From Rotaria socialis (Eukaryota): 64,000 nucleotides of DNA. A program made the translations under genes and the position numbers. This document shows, piece after piece, positions 14,201 to 28,954 of the stretch (positions are counted from its first letter, which is position 1; every line of letters starts with the position of its first letter). The DNA is taken from NCBI GenBank assembly GCA_905331295.1, contig CAJNYD010000418.1:1-64000 (forward strand), in the 5' to 3' direction. The notes under the pieces were generated by a model. That model was not told where the DNA came from, did no database searches, and saw nothing but the letters and a program-made list of their open reading frames with translations.

Positions 14201-14756
14201 TAAGACTAGAAAGTAGTTTTTCTGTATTGTGCTTCAAACTAACAATGTATTTCTTGTGTTGGTAGCATATACACCTCAAAATCAAATAATGTGTAAAAGA
14301 ATCTTCGCAGGAAATTCGCTAGAACAATTGTTGTCGCAATTCGTATGGAATTGAAATGTGAAACAACTCCGTAATTGCTGTTACTCATCAAAACGAGATG
14401 GATTGATTCTTTCTGTTTTCGAATAAAGCCTATTATTCTATTATTTTAATCTCTAAAGGAGAAATTATTTGTATTGCAAGTTGAACTGAAAAACTTTCGA
14501 GGCGATATGATTGTACATTTGACAATAACAGAGGCAAAACATAAATATTTCAAGATTTTTATTTTCGTAGCCTTCCATTCACTCAAAAAAAGTATCATCA
14601 ATCGATAGACTAGCAATAGTTTTATATGCATCTTTACAATCTAAGCGTATTTGCTATTTACATTAACAATTAGAAGTCTTTTTTGTTTTGTTAAAAGCCT
14701 AAGAGCGGTTTAATATTTTATTATTAAAATAAATTATAAAAGATTTTAATGTCTGT

Positions 14757-16011
14757 TTACATAGCAGAAACATTTGTAATTGAAACATCACCTTTAACTT
14801 GTAATGCTTGTACTTGTTGAAAGGGTAAACGGTGTCGAAAAGTGAACCATGGCTGACCATTATAATTAACCTAAATTATAGAATAAAACAAAATGTTTGC
14901 AAACTTTATCTTCTCTTCATACTTGATAATGTTCTGGAAAGCAAATGATTTGAACATCAAAAGGCTGGCCAGGAACTAATGGAAATCCTCCTTGTTTTTC
15001 TTCGGCTCCCCAACCACCACCTTGACACGAATTACGTACTGCTTCACGTTGATCGAAACGTGGATTAAAATGAAATGCAACATCAGCTCCATTGTAATTT
15101 CCAGTTAATAAATTGAATTCAAATCGTGATGCATTATTATTTGAACGACCGCTGATAGTTATAACACGACCTAAACATTTTTCTATGATGATAAATTTAT
15201 TGATGAAAAATAAATCTTACCAGGAAAGACGTTCATAGGTACAGGTGTTTCCTAAGAGAAATATTTTACAATGATGAATTTTACTATAGAACAAAAAATA
15301 AAATATGCTAACCATTGCAAAACGCCATGGTTGGCCATATTGAGAACTCATGCCTGGATAGATTTGAACTTGTGTTAAATTAACATCACCTTTGACAGTC
15401 ACTATTTCAGCTGCATTAAATGGCATTCTATGAGGAAAATCAGCGGTATGTTGATTATTGACAGCTACCTTAAAAATTGAAAACAATAAAACAAAAAATA
15501 TTTCATTTGCACGTATTGATGATTTTTACTTTGAAACATTGTTCTGTAACCATAATAATAATACTAAATGGATGACCACGTGTCATATTCAATGGCTGAC
15601 GGATTTCGCCTCCCCAACCACCACCAGGTGCAGCATTTAATACCAATTGACGATCATTTAAGCGTGGATTAACATGTAAAATGATATCACCACGACGATT
15701 AGCCAAATTTACTTCAAATCTTTATTATTGAATTTCGAATTAAATTGGATACCATTTAAGACATCGTTTACTCACCGGTCAGCGATTGCAGTACCATGAA
15801 CATGTACTTGAGTACCATAGCTAATGGGTGGTGAGATCGGTGCTTCATAGGGAACACTCTACATCGAAAAGAGATAAATCAAAATAATCGATATAAAATT
15901 TCTTCAATCAAAACTTACATAGTGTTGAACGTGACCAGCTTGCTACAAGAAAAAATATATGAATAGATTTAACTAAAATCTTTATATGAAATTATTACGC
16001 ACTTGACCCAT
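14757..16011 (-). CDS. Tandem-repeat (two-CRD) galectin A, short linker
   Basis: N-CRD HVNPR..LVLN..GWGGEIR and C-CRD HFNPRFDQREAVRN..GWGAEEK; ends VKGDVSITNVSAM*. The start is inferred from a micro-exon MGQ (ATG at 16011) followed by a GT donor. Confidence 0.88.
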
Positions 16012-16946
16012 TTTAATGAAATAGAAAGTGTTGCAGAGTTCTTTACTGTGTGATAAGTATGTGGAGAAGTAATGTATGAGTTAAAATAACTTAATTTATA
16101 TAACCGATTAGTTGGTGGTAGAGAAAAAACTAGAAGAAGATAAGGTGACATCATAGTTATTCAGCACAGTAAGATCTTATCTTGTCGATCAAACACGACA
16201 ACAACAAAAATTAGAAGGTGCAGTCCAGCAAATATAAATATTTGGTAGTCCTTCATAGTAACCAAAATTGTTATCAAAAAACCGACAATACACAAGTGAG
16301 AAGAAAGGAGAAAAGGAACGATCAACAAAATTAGTTTAAGTGTCAATAAAATTTCGGAATGAAGCGTGTTTCTTTTAACATTTTCATATCTTAGACCTTG
16401 AAAAAGAAGAAAAACTTATCGAGTAAAACAAAAATTTAATATTCTTGCAAACAAGATATTTTGTTAATAAATATACTGAATAAATCGAAAGACAACTTTT
16501 AGATAAACACCTAACAATAAACCTGTTTATTCATTGTACTTTAGTTTAGTTGAAAGACATTGAAATGTTGATCATCTTCAATCAAGCGGTTAGATACGAC
16601 GACGACTAACTATTTAGAGTCATATAGTTTTACAGTAGATTTCATAATTATAAAAATTCAAAATAAATAAGTTTATTAATAGAAAAAAATGTAAACAACA
16701 AGAATATAATCATCAAAAAAGTTGTAATAATTCAAAAATAATCATACATTAGCTTTCTCGAATATAGTCTCTCTCGGCAAACAACTATTGCGTAGGATAT
16801 AATCAGTTAAAAATAATGCTTTTAAAATGTTTTTGAAGTATTTTATTTCATTTGAAGAAAATAGATAAAAAGAATTCTTTAAATTAAATTAAATTCAATA
16901 TTTTTCATTAAAAAAGCCTGTCAATAATAGAAATTTCCATGTCTCT

Positions 16947-18427
16947 TCAAATTTGACCAACACTTGTAACTGTGATGTCACCTTTATATTGAAGAGCCAT
17001 AACCTAAATAGAGATTTTATTGTGAAGAAAATGAACTCTACACTTTATTAATAAGACTTACAGAACCAGCAGGGATCTTATGATAGAATTCAGCGATAAG
17101 TTGATTGTTCATAAATATCTAATTGAGATGTTAAATTTTATCTAGAATAGCTCAAAATAATACTATTGATATCTTACTGTATATTTATCTGGATTACATG
17201 TAATTTGCAAATCAATTTGTATACCTGGCATCAACGGCATATAGGCTGGAAATGGTTGATTTTCTTCCTGACCCCATTGTCCATTTTGTCGATGATTTTT
17301 AACAATTTTACGTACATCAAAACGAGGGTTAAAATGAAAAGCAATATCATCGGTATCATTATATCCTTGTAGTAGATTAAGTTCAAATCGTTGTGCACCA
17401 GGAGGAATAAAACCTCGCACGAAAATACGAGAACCAGGATGTATTCTACATGATTGTATGGATGGTACTCCGCCACCACCCATCTACATTAGATCATAAA
17501 AATAGCAATATGTGAAAAGAATATAATTACTGGAAAAGAGGGTGTTGGAACAACACCAGGAACTGATGGAAATCCGAAACCAACGTTAAAATCTCCACCA
17601 AATGATGGTTGTCCAAACGATGGTTGACCAAATGATGGTTGACCAAACGATGGTTGTCCAAACGATGGTTGACCAAACGATGGCTGACCAAACGATGGTT
17701 GACCAAATGGCATGTTTACTCCCATTGGAGGAATATTCATTGAACTACCCATACCTCCCCCATAAACTTGAACTGATTCTAAATTAATATCGCCTTTGAC
17801 TTGAACTAATTGAGCCAAATACATTGGTACTCGTTGGTAGAATTCACAAACATGTGAATTGTTGACAGCAATCTTTTTATATTTGATACAAAAAGAAAAA
17901 CAAAATGAACTTCTCCCATTAAAACAAATTATAACATACATTAAAACCATTATTCGTAGCCATAATAACTAATGTAAATCGAACTCCACGTTGCATTGGT
18001 AATGGTTGACGTTGTTCTTGGCCCCATGCACCTCGTTGAGCTAAATATAACAAGATAGAATAACAGATGTTAGTAAGCATATATTTATACGTTAATACCA
18101 TACCGCTATTAAGGATGAGTGCAGCAGCATCAAAACGTGGATTAAAATGTAGAACAATATCATCTTGCTGGTTTTTTAGATTAACTTCAAATCTAGTTCA
18201 TAAAAATTTTAAAAGAAAACTAAATATTAAAATGAATCAAATTACTGGCTTCCTGTCGGTGTACCACTAACATGAATTTGGATACCAGCTGAAAGTGAAG
18301 GTGATATTGGTGTTTCATAAGGTACACGCTAGTATTAAAAAAAACATTTTAAGTTAGGAGAACAATACTAAGTTTTATAAGATTTTACCAGTCCAAAGCC
18401 GGTGTTAACGGAAAAATTTGGATACAT
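16947..18427 (-). CDS. Tandem-repeat (two-CRD) galectin B with (FGQPS)7 linker
   Basis: Starts MYPNFSVNTGFGL. N-CRD HFNPRF..ILNS..GAWGQEQR; C-CRD HFNPRFDVRKIVKN..GQWGQEEN; ends YKGDITVTSVGQI*. Confidence 0.88.
17597..17707 (-). repeat. Coding 15-bp tandem repeat, 7.4 copies, encoding FGQPS
   Basis: Plus-strand unit (A/T)CCAAA(T/C)GATGG(T/C)TG occurs 7 times plus a partial copy. Confidence 0.95.
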
Positions 18428-21400
18428 GTTGTTTAAAAATTGAATTTAGTTTAATCTAATGAATAGAAGAAGAAGAAGAAGAAGAAGAAAAACAAGATCG
18501 TATTTAGAACGTTTTTTCTGTCTTCTTATAGATATGTTTATTTACTATCTGACCTTATCAACATAGTCACATCAACGCTTTGTTCTTGGTTATTTAGCTT
18601 TTCTTTTTTCTCTCGAAAGATCTGCTTACATCTTTAGTTTTTTTCTCCACAGCATCACACGCACTAAATAGAGTTCGTGAATTTTATTCAAAAGATAAAC
18701 AACTTAGATAATGACACAATGCTATTCACTATGCATGAATATTTCCATTAACATACATTGATAAAGTCCATTTTTTGTTGCTTAACAATAGACTTTGAAT
18801 GGAAAGAGAACATGTAGATTTCTTATCGACTGAATAGAAATTTAGAACAAGCAAAGTGATAAACGGCGGAGAATTGACCTGATACATGTGGATCCCTTTA
18901 TTTTTTTGCATATACTCACACTTGTTTTCGTGATTGTCGTTCGGTGTAAACAATGGTATCAATCATTTCAATCTACTGACAAACAGCAGCTAAATTATGA
19001 GTAGTGCTTACAATTGCAACTAATATTAAGTGCAAAATGTTATTGTTTTCAGGCGTCCTTTTATTAGTGGATCATTTAAACATAGAAAATTCTATGTAGA
19101 TACTCAACGGCATCGATTAGATAAATGAAATAAATGAATTGATTAGAATTTTATTTCAAATGCCATAAGAAATATAAACAAAGCATAACAATTTTTGTTT
19201 ATTAGTGGTCGTGTTTGTGCTGATTAAAAATATTAAGCACATACTGAAGTACTATATTCAGTCACAATTGTTAGGATAAGGTTTTCTTTATGATTATTAA
19301 CTTTCAACTGTAGTAATATTAAGTTTGTCAGTCTAATTTACCGATTCAAAATGGCTACCATTTCATGGAATCTTAAAATATTTATTACTTTTTTGCAAAT
19401 TCATATGACTTTATTCATTTATCGTTATTCGTGGACTCTTCTTCAATAGATGAAAACAAAAAAATCTTAAACTCATTTGTAAATTTGTAATTGATCAGAA
19501 ATGGATCCTAGCGCTCATGAACATATCGGATTTATGAAAAGGATAGGATACCATCACAAGTTTAAAATATACTTAATGTTATGATAATACAATAATATGA
19601 CATCTAATAATATAACGCTTCTTTCTTGAAGAATACCATAGCTAAAACTTAATCGATAAATGCCAGGTGTAATTGTTAACACTATTAATACTATACATAT
19701 TATAACCACTATTGACATGGACAGCATCAAAATCCTCAATAGTACTGATACTAAATGTTCAGTGGCTAATAGATCACTAAAGCTATTTTCTGCACTTTTA
19801 AAACATACTTAACATTGTAACGATTTTTTCGTTTGTTTATTTGGTATTCACATCATGTAATCGAATGAACTAGTCGTTGTTTGTTGTCAATTCAAAATAA
19901 TACAGATTATTAATAGTTGGGTTTTGTTTAAAGAAAGTCATCTATTTTAATTAGATGATATTTTGCTTATACAAATTATCTAACTGGTGAAAAATCAAGG
20001 ATAAAAGTACACGCAGTCATACTTTTTAATCGTCAGTAATATAGTATCCTTAGTATTTAGAAATACTCATAGAACACATAAAAATGATGACTATCTGAAA
20101 AATGCCAAAACAGAACAGAATATTGGGAAGAGTTGCTAGAATCCGGCTCCGCTGGAATATCGGGCTACATCATTAACACACACTACTTCTCACTAAAAAC
20201 TATCCATAAAATGAATGGCCAATGAAATAAAGTTCTATTTTGAAAATTCACATATATGATAGGATATTTATTTTCAATCCATATTCTTACTAAAATCGAC
20301 CGTTTTTATACGATGTAAACACTCACAATATTGCAGAGTAAAATAAGAAGTTGATAAAAAAATAAATAAAATGAAAACTGAAAAATCTCTTTTCGCTGTC
20401 CTCTAATTACCACTTTCGAAAGCTGTTCAATTAAAAAATATTGACTCATCTTTGAAAAACTATTTTGTACAATTGTTGTCTTAGCTTTTTTACATGTAGA
20501 AAACCGACAATGATACGTTGAATGAATCTAAATATTTTTTTTCGTTCGATAGATAATGTTTGCATGTGGAACAAGAGTAAAAAATCTAAAATTTTTTCCA
20601 TGATGTAACTATCTACCTTGATTCTTGCACTGTATTAGCTACCGTCTTGATCGTTTTTATACGAGTTCTTGGCTTGAATTTATGACCCTAACCGACTGAA
20701 TTGATCTTCTGTTTGTTCCTATAGGAGAGTATACGAAACGGTCTAAAGATTCGCATGTATATTTTTGTAATAGATTCATACGATAACCATGCATGTACGA
20801 CATCCGTACGATTACCATCATCATCCACTGTAGCAACTCAGTAGAAAATATGAATCTCTCGAGTGATGTATGCATGAAAACATTGTACACAAAAATATTC
20901 TTAGTAAATAGAGGATACTGAATGAAAAGAAATCGTTCAGTATTATTATAGAAGTCAGTTGTATCGCTCTCATTATATATTTATTCGAGTAACATTTTTT
21001 ATGTTTGTGCAACTCCATCATTTATATCCAACTTTTATAATGATGTATTCATGCGTTGTAGTTCGTTTCCTAAGAGTATCTAGCTGCTGCTCATCACTGT
21101 ATGAAGCCAATATCAATTGCAGTTGCTATATTTTCATTATGATATCTACAGTGAAGTGCACAAATTGATATTGTATGAAGCAGTAGACACGATGCTTTCT
21201 TCATCATTCCATTTTCATTCTAAAAAGACGTTGTTCGAATTGCAAATCTCTTATAAATAAACAGGATGTTATGAATAACATTCGATGATGGAAAAATAAT
21301 AATAATAACATTGTGAGAGGTTTAGTTCGAACATTTTTTTGATTTTGAATAATTTATCAATATGCTTATATATATATATATATATATAAATATATATATT

Positions 21401-21517
21401 TCTTCTGACTTTTTTTATTGTATTTTTTTCTGTTCAAATGAATATAAATAAACGACAATATCAGAAGACAAGAGTATATATATTTGCAGTAAAATGTATA
21501 CAAATCTCTGCGTGCGA

Positions 21518-22254
21518 TCACAAATCTTCAAGAGTTTTTCTTACACATTCGCTAACTTTTTTCTTAAATGCTGCCCTATCGTCGCGCCACATCACCGATG
21601 CATCAATATTCGCTGCTGAATCACAGTTTGGATCACTTAGCATCGATAGAACTGATAAAAGAATTGTTTCTAAAACAGGCAGAAAACAGACTCGACACAA
21701 AATAGCTCTCAACACAACAAAAACGTACCAACTGATTGAACAGGTGACCAACGTTCAGATGGATTTTCATAACCAAACTGATCAACACCAGGCTCATGAA
21801 GCTAAATGAAATTTTATTATTATTTAAAAGATTCAAAAGAAAAATGCTATTGATCTTACAATTGATATGCATACGTCACCATTTTTCTCAATATTCGGAT
21901 GCCAAATCTCAGAAATGAATTTCTATGCAAATAAAAGAAAATATAATTAATACGATTGAATAAGAAGTCTATACCATTTTCGGTGGCTTTATTGGATACT
22001 CTCTTGGAAAATCCAATCGTGCTTTAAAAAATCCTCCTAATTAAAATGGAAATTGTTTATGTGAAAAGCTTTTTCCCTAAAAAGTAACTATGAAAAAGAA
22101 AATCACCTTCATATAATGTATCAGAAGGTCCAACAAGAATCACGTTCCATGCATATGGATTTGATTCATCGATGAGACCTGCACTGATACCTTCCACCGG
22201 ATGACGGTTTAATTCACGTAATTGTTTAAGCAGAAGTAATGCAGAAGCATCCAT
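21518..22254 (-). CDS. UBE2G1: Ubiquitin-conjugating enzyme E2 G1-like (Ubc7 family), 5 exons
   Basis: [84 protein letters not shown]. It has the catalytic Cys and the acidic-loop insertion typical of Ubc7/Cdc34. Confidence 0.9.
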
Positions 22255-25200
22255 TAGAAAAATAATCTAAAACAATGTATTTTTATCTAATTCAAAGCGA
22301 TAAGTACTCCAATCAACATAGAATCATTCGAAAAGATTTATTAAAAATCAAGAATATAAAGAAATATCTTCTTTAAATTCTTCTTCTTCTTCTTCTAGTA
22401 CAGATGCAGTAATTCTATGACTAATTTTTATGCAAGTTATTTGCTATTTGTTTATTCACTTTTATCAACTAAAATGCAAACAAATTTGTTTTAATATTAT
22501 TTTTTACATAATTATTTCAATATTTATGCACATCGATTTTTATAAATTGGTACTGCTTACTAGAATAGAAATTTCTCCTATCGGTTAATTGTGATTAGGA
22601 TAAGCTGAAATTAAAGCAAATCGAATTAGGTTCAGACCTATAACACACTATGCAAGAAAAATTCATTTAGAAAATATGGATATAAGAGTTTGCTCATAGA
22701 TCGAAATTACAATTAATAAATTGTTCTCAAATTTGAGCTCAAAAAAATGTTGTTTTTGCTTGAGATATGAAGTGTCTAAGAGAATTCCATGCTATGTTTT
22801 TTTCTGATCGATAAGCATTTGCTCAGTACTCATTATCTTAAAGAAGAATATCTTTTATGTGAGTTGAAATTTTCATAATATTCTATTAGCTGAAAAAAAT
22901 GCATAGAGACAAATGTTGTTTAGGTGACCATCTTGTGAGTGAAATCTTTAAGATGATATAAAGCTTGACTGAGTAATACTATGGATTTAAATTCATTCAC
23001 AGATTTCTTAGCTGTACTCAATGCTATCCACAGTGGAATTATTGAGTTGAATGGATTCGGACAGTGAGATATGTTTTCTAGTTAGTGTATCTGTATTTAT
23101 ATTTTTGAATTGGTTTTTGTTCTCTCATCATATGAATTTTCTTGGCGTAAAATGATATAATAGAATTTCAGAGTATAATGAAACATCAGATCGTTTAGTT
23201 TCAAAAAACTTACAATTTTGTTCCTGTTCTCTTTAATACTCCTGAAGTTTCAATTGCACTAATAAATTAGTTTACTGTTTGTCTATGTCATTTCGGATGA
23301 TCTCATTAGTACATTTTTGAATTATAGAAGTTTAAATTTTACTGTACACAAATTATGGGCTACTATTATCTATACTAATTCTCTAAAGATATTATCACAA
23401 TTCAATTGCTTCGTCTTTCTATTAGAAGTATTTCATATTCATTGATGCGAACTCATGTCAACAATATGGTATCTATTTTTTATGCTATAGGTAATATTAA
23501 ATTAAGTTTGAACTACTTAAATAATACTAAGACAATATCAATTGATTACTAGCTGTTATTACAATCGTAATTGATCAGTATTTAATCCATGATTTTAAAA
23601 GAATATTGTGAGAATTGATTAGATAGATATGCTAGAGTTCCGATCCTGTCACTGCAATCGAATGATAAATTTGAGTAATGCTTCATTTATACACTTCAAT
23701 ATATATTAATTCGATTTGTATGTAAAAGTACTGTACATATGTGTACACAAACATAACAGCAGAAACTAATCTAACTCTACATAAGGTATTCTATGAAAAT
23801 AAAATGATTCAAATTTATAAAACCTATTGTTCAGTGATATCTATGCCGGTTCTACCACTTTATTGTACGTATCAACAGCTAGTAGAGGTCAGATTTCGAA
23901 ATGTGTTTTTTTTTTCTTGTAAGAAATTTAATGCAAAGATAAGACTGAATTGAAGTAGTCTATCAAGAGCTACGGGGGCATTTACTTGAAATATATTCAA
24001 CATATCATGCTGTAAATATTTCAATATTTTATAACAACACAAGCAAGATAATAGTATTTAATACCACATACTTCATCGATTAATTGTCTTCTAAATAAAA
24101 TATCTCTAAAAATAGATAGAAAAAAAACACATTAAATAAATCATTTTCTTCTTGATATTTTTACTTTATTTCCAATTAAAGTGAAAGTTTGAGAGAGCTG
24201 ATATATCAAACATTACCTGGGACAATATCAATTAGCATTTCATGTACTTATTTTATCAACACAACGATATTCAAAACAAATTGAATTATAACATTTGATG
24301 GATTCTTCGATGCAAATTCTTGTTTTGACATGATTGATGTAGAAAATATTTGATTTTAATGTTTATTATTATTCAGTCTTCAATTTCCATTATCGAACAC
24401 GTGTTCATGACAGCATCAATTTTAAAATTTTCATTAATAAATTAATCAACACTATGATTAATATGTTTTTTTGTGAACAAGACTACCAGACATGATACAC
24501 ATCACTACTAGAAATATAACACAAATTTAATAAATAACATTCTTCAAAGGATTGAGCTGTCAGATTTCAAAGAATAAATTGTTGAGCTTAAGCTAATTTA
24601 ATTATGACTGTTCGACTCGAAAGTCGCATCATTTTAATTGATATTATTCTTCACAGCAAAAAGAAATCATTCTGTTAAATAATCATTTCATGATGTATAA
24701 TTTACAATATGTTTTATGTAGATACGTATGTAGAGTTTATGATAATAAATACGATGTATACAAAGAAGGAACTATTTACATCGAAAACAACTTTTTTCCA
24801 TTTCGAGAACAAGACCACTCGAGTCATCTACTTCTGAGTAATATATTAACTCGATAAATAGCATTAGTCGACTAAGAAAATAAATTTATTTATAACTTCA
24901 TAGTCAAGATATTTATCATGCTCTATTGATATTTCTATCAAAACTATTTTGAAATCTTGAAAATAAATTGCTTTCAAACATGCAACCGTTTTTAATATAA
25001 TCTATAAAAGATGATGTATGTATGGAAGTGTCATTTATATGATAATGAAAATTGGGCATCGTTATCCTTCATTCAAGAGACGAGTTCCGATTCACGAAAT
25101 ATTAGAAATCGATTTGAACTAGAAGAAAATTTTTCTTTCAATTGCCAGTGAAATTCATTAAAAAAATCATATGATTCTGCGAGATAAATCCTATAAACTA

Positions 25201-26772
25201 TGAGTCAGAACGCAACTAAATGGAGAAAACGTACCAAGTGCTAGTTGTCCATTAAAGCAAAAGAAAAACGAGTAGTGAAGAGTGTTTTTTAGGCGTGTTA
25301 GAAATTAATTCTAAACTAGTAGCCTCTAGAACGAGATCCGGAATAAGCAGTATATTTGGGCTCAATTATCTCCATTTAGAAGGCTGATAGCAATATGGTT
25401 AATTTAAAATAAACTAGTCCATATAACTCAAAAATAAGCAAATCCCATAAGATCTAGCATCTTTAAATATAATTAACTTTATTTTGACGATGGCAACATT
25501 TACAATTCAATGCTAAATTAATTTCTTGAATACAAACCTTTCGAACAATTACTATTATGATATTAATGGCCTCCACAAAATTAATTGGTATTTCATTTGA
25601 TTCACATATTCTATTTTAGACATAGACGAAGGTAATCAATATTCGATGACAACGGTTCACATTGATAAATATATTTGGATGAGATTTTTGTTTTGAATAA
25701 AATTATATCTAGAAACAAAATAGAAGTTTTTTTTTCATACAACACGATTTTATATTTCTATGAATTATATTATTTTCATTCAAGATTTTTTAACTTGTAT
25801 CTATTATATTTTGATTTTGACTACATTTAGAAATTATCAATAAAATCCGAATGAAAAAATTCAAGATCATTCTAACTATATTTTCAAATATTTCAAGCTT
25901 CTTGATGTGTTTACCTTGAATACGAATAACTACAGACGAATAATGATATCTTCGTATATGTATGTGCATATTCTGTAATTAAATACGCCATTAATATTGA
26001 TCAAACGCTGTTAAAATCGCTACTCAATGATTTTTGCTCAATCCTACACAAAATCTTTTATTCATTGTTGAAGAATTAATATTTCATCGATTGAAATTTA
26101 TCTTAATTGCTCATCTCCGATTATTCTCTATTTTTTTTATGACCGCTTTGCATAATATTATCGAACAATATTCAATAGATATCGAACAGATAATAACTCG
26201 ACAATATTATTTGGTTTGCACTAGAAAAAAATCTGTACAAATAGAAACCAAGACGAAGGTCATTAGTTTACAACTATTTCTATTATTTCTATTCTACAAG
26301 ATATGATCGTAACCAATTGATAAATATTTATTCTCAATAGCCAATAGAAAATAAGTCCTGAACAGCTGATACAAACTAGACAATAATAAATAGACGCCAT
26401 CTTTTACAAATACAATAAGTTATTTTATAACGACAAAAAAAAACAGATTTTATTCTTCGTTAAGTAATGAATAAATATTTTCACTAAATTTTTCATTAAC
26501 ATTAATAACGTTAATATTATGACGAATATTCAATTTTATGTAACAATGAAGTAAATGTTTGTCAAAATGTGATCTACCGTTACAACAACTATTTCTTTTC
26601 ATCGTGCGACGACACATTCTTCGACTATTTTCTCTTCTAGATATATTTTTTTCAAAAGTTCTTTTGATAAATGACTAATACAATAAATATTCAGGTGTAT
26701 ATGACCATAATATGGTCCGATCCTCAAGTTAATATTCATTCATAATAATAGTTAATTAATGTTCAGATAGCA

Positions 26773-28954
26773 ATGCAGTCATCGTCAAGAATTAATATAT
26801 TTTTTTTTACTATAAGTTTATTTGTTTTATTAATCGGAATTGTCTATCAACCCTTACCTGACAATTTCCCTCAACCATGGAAATATCGATTTCTTTCATA
26901 TTGGGCTCATCGTATTGATCAGCTGGTATGCCAATATTTGTTAAATCCTTTTTTATCAAAAAATGCAATCAATTGTATTTAGGGATCCTATTGTGAACAA
27001 ATGAATTTATTTACTCGTATTAATTTAATACGAAATCTTCATTATCTATCAATGGGTTTATTTAAAAAACGACATCCTGAATGTCGTTTGAAAGTATGAA
27101 TTTAATCATTTAAGAAAATAAACGTAATTATTTTCTATTTAGGTTTATGATAGAAAAATTGCTAATGTTCATGTACGAATTTATGAACCAGAAGAATCGA
27201 TTGATCATGAAGAAAAAACAACCATGATTTACTTTCATGGTGGTGGATTTCTTTTAGGATCAATTGAAACATATGATCAAGCAACTTATCGAATGGCTAA
27301 TCTAACACGCACTACTCTTTTTGCAGTCGAGTAAGTGCATAGGAAAAAGCTCAAATTTTTTGCAAAAAAAAAATTAAAAAAAAAAAACTTTTACTGCAAT
27401 TCATACAAGAATATAAAAATATTTTATATTTTATTTTCTGAAAATTTCAACATACTATTATCTATTTAGGACTAAGATTTCATAGGTTAGGTATGTTCGA
27501 AATCTCGAGATAAAAATTTGAATATTTCTAAAATGAATACATTCACAAATGTGAATCAATTTGAGTTATTCATTTATTTCATGAAGATCTATTTTCATAG
27601 ATATTATAAAATTCCAATATAGTACATCGCAGAAATCGGGTTCTTACCGATTTGAAAGTTATATTGATAGAAACTCTTTATTTTGCTTTCATCAAGAAAA
27701 CCAAAGTGCTTAAAAATTCAAAAGATCCAGTAAACATTGAAGAATGGCAATAGCTAATAATTAAAAACTAAATATCTAATTAAAATTGTTTTTTACTTCA
27801 TTATCAATGTATTTATCATCACAATGTCCTCAGTTAATGCATTTACTTTTGATAAGAGTCAACTTGAAGTTATGTATTCTTTTGTTTTCATTATAATAAA
27901 CTAAATGTAAATCCTACAGGCTCGATGGGTTTACATAGATCGTAACGGCATTCTATTTTGAATTATAAGAAGTGCGAAAAATTGTCATTCATTTTTTCTA
28001 CACGTGAAATTGATTGAACGCAAAATTCATCATTTGCAGTATTCATGTTGATTTTTACCTTCATTTTTTTGTTTATCATTCTCAATTTTGAAGGAAGGAC
28101 ATTTACTATTGAAATTGATCAATTTAGATATCGTTTGGCACCGGAACATCGATTTCCAAGTGGTTTGGAAGATTGTTTATCGGTTAGTCGAGAATTATTT
28201 GAGAATGGGCACAATTATAAAATAAATTCTAATCGAATTATAATGTCTGGCGATTCAGCTGGTGGAAATTTAGCGTTGGTTGTTAGTCACTTATTAATTA
28301 ACGTTGGACATACACCCTATTTACTTTCTCTATTATATCCTTCACTACAATTTTTTGATTTTACATTACCATCTTATCGTACATATTTAAAACAAAATAT
28401 TCTTGGTGTTTTAAATGAAAATAATCTTGTCTCAATGGTATCTTTATTAAGTGAAAATGAAATTCAAGTAACAAGCGATTTTTTATTGAATTCACATTTA
28501 TCAATTGATGATAAAACTAAACTATATCCCTTTATTGATCCAAACAAATATTTATCGATAGCACATGATTTTAATATATCTCATGAAGGAAATGAAAGTT
28601 TAATTAAAGATTTAAAATATTTATTATCTCCACTAATGTCTCCACTGCTTGTGTCTGATGAACAATTATTAAAATTACCAACAATTCTTCTTTTTACAAC
28701 TGAATTTGATATTCTTAGAGACGAAGGTAGATCAATTCGATTAATAAATTTCATTGATTAAACTTTTATCTTCTTTAATTTCGTAAGGTTTCATATTTGC
28801 TTCTCGATTAAATTCATTAAATAAAACAATTTATCATCATCATTTCTCTAATGCATTCCATGGTGCACATGCTTTCTTATATGGTCCATTAAGTTTTGAA
28901 ATAGCTCACCACATGATTGAACATACCGCCCAAGCAATCAAAAATCATCTGTGA
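26773..28954 (+). CDS. Arylacetamide deacetylase / NCEH1-like HSL-family esterase, 5 exons
   Basis: N-terminal signal-anchor, YFHGGGF oxyanion motif, EYRLAPEH, GDSAGG nucleophile, FDILRDEG acid and AFHG histidine. Confidence 0.9.

Noticed and set aside
17597..17707. Regular short repeat as a possible CRISPR-like array
   Set aside because: No spacers; it is a coding tandem repeat in a eukaryotic exon.
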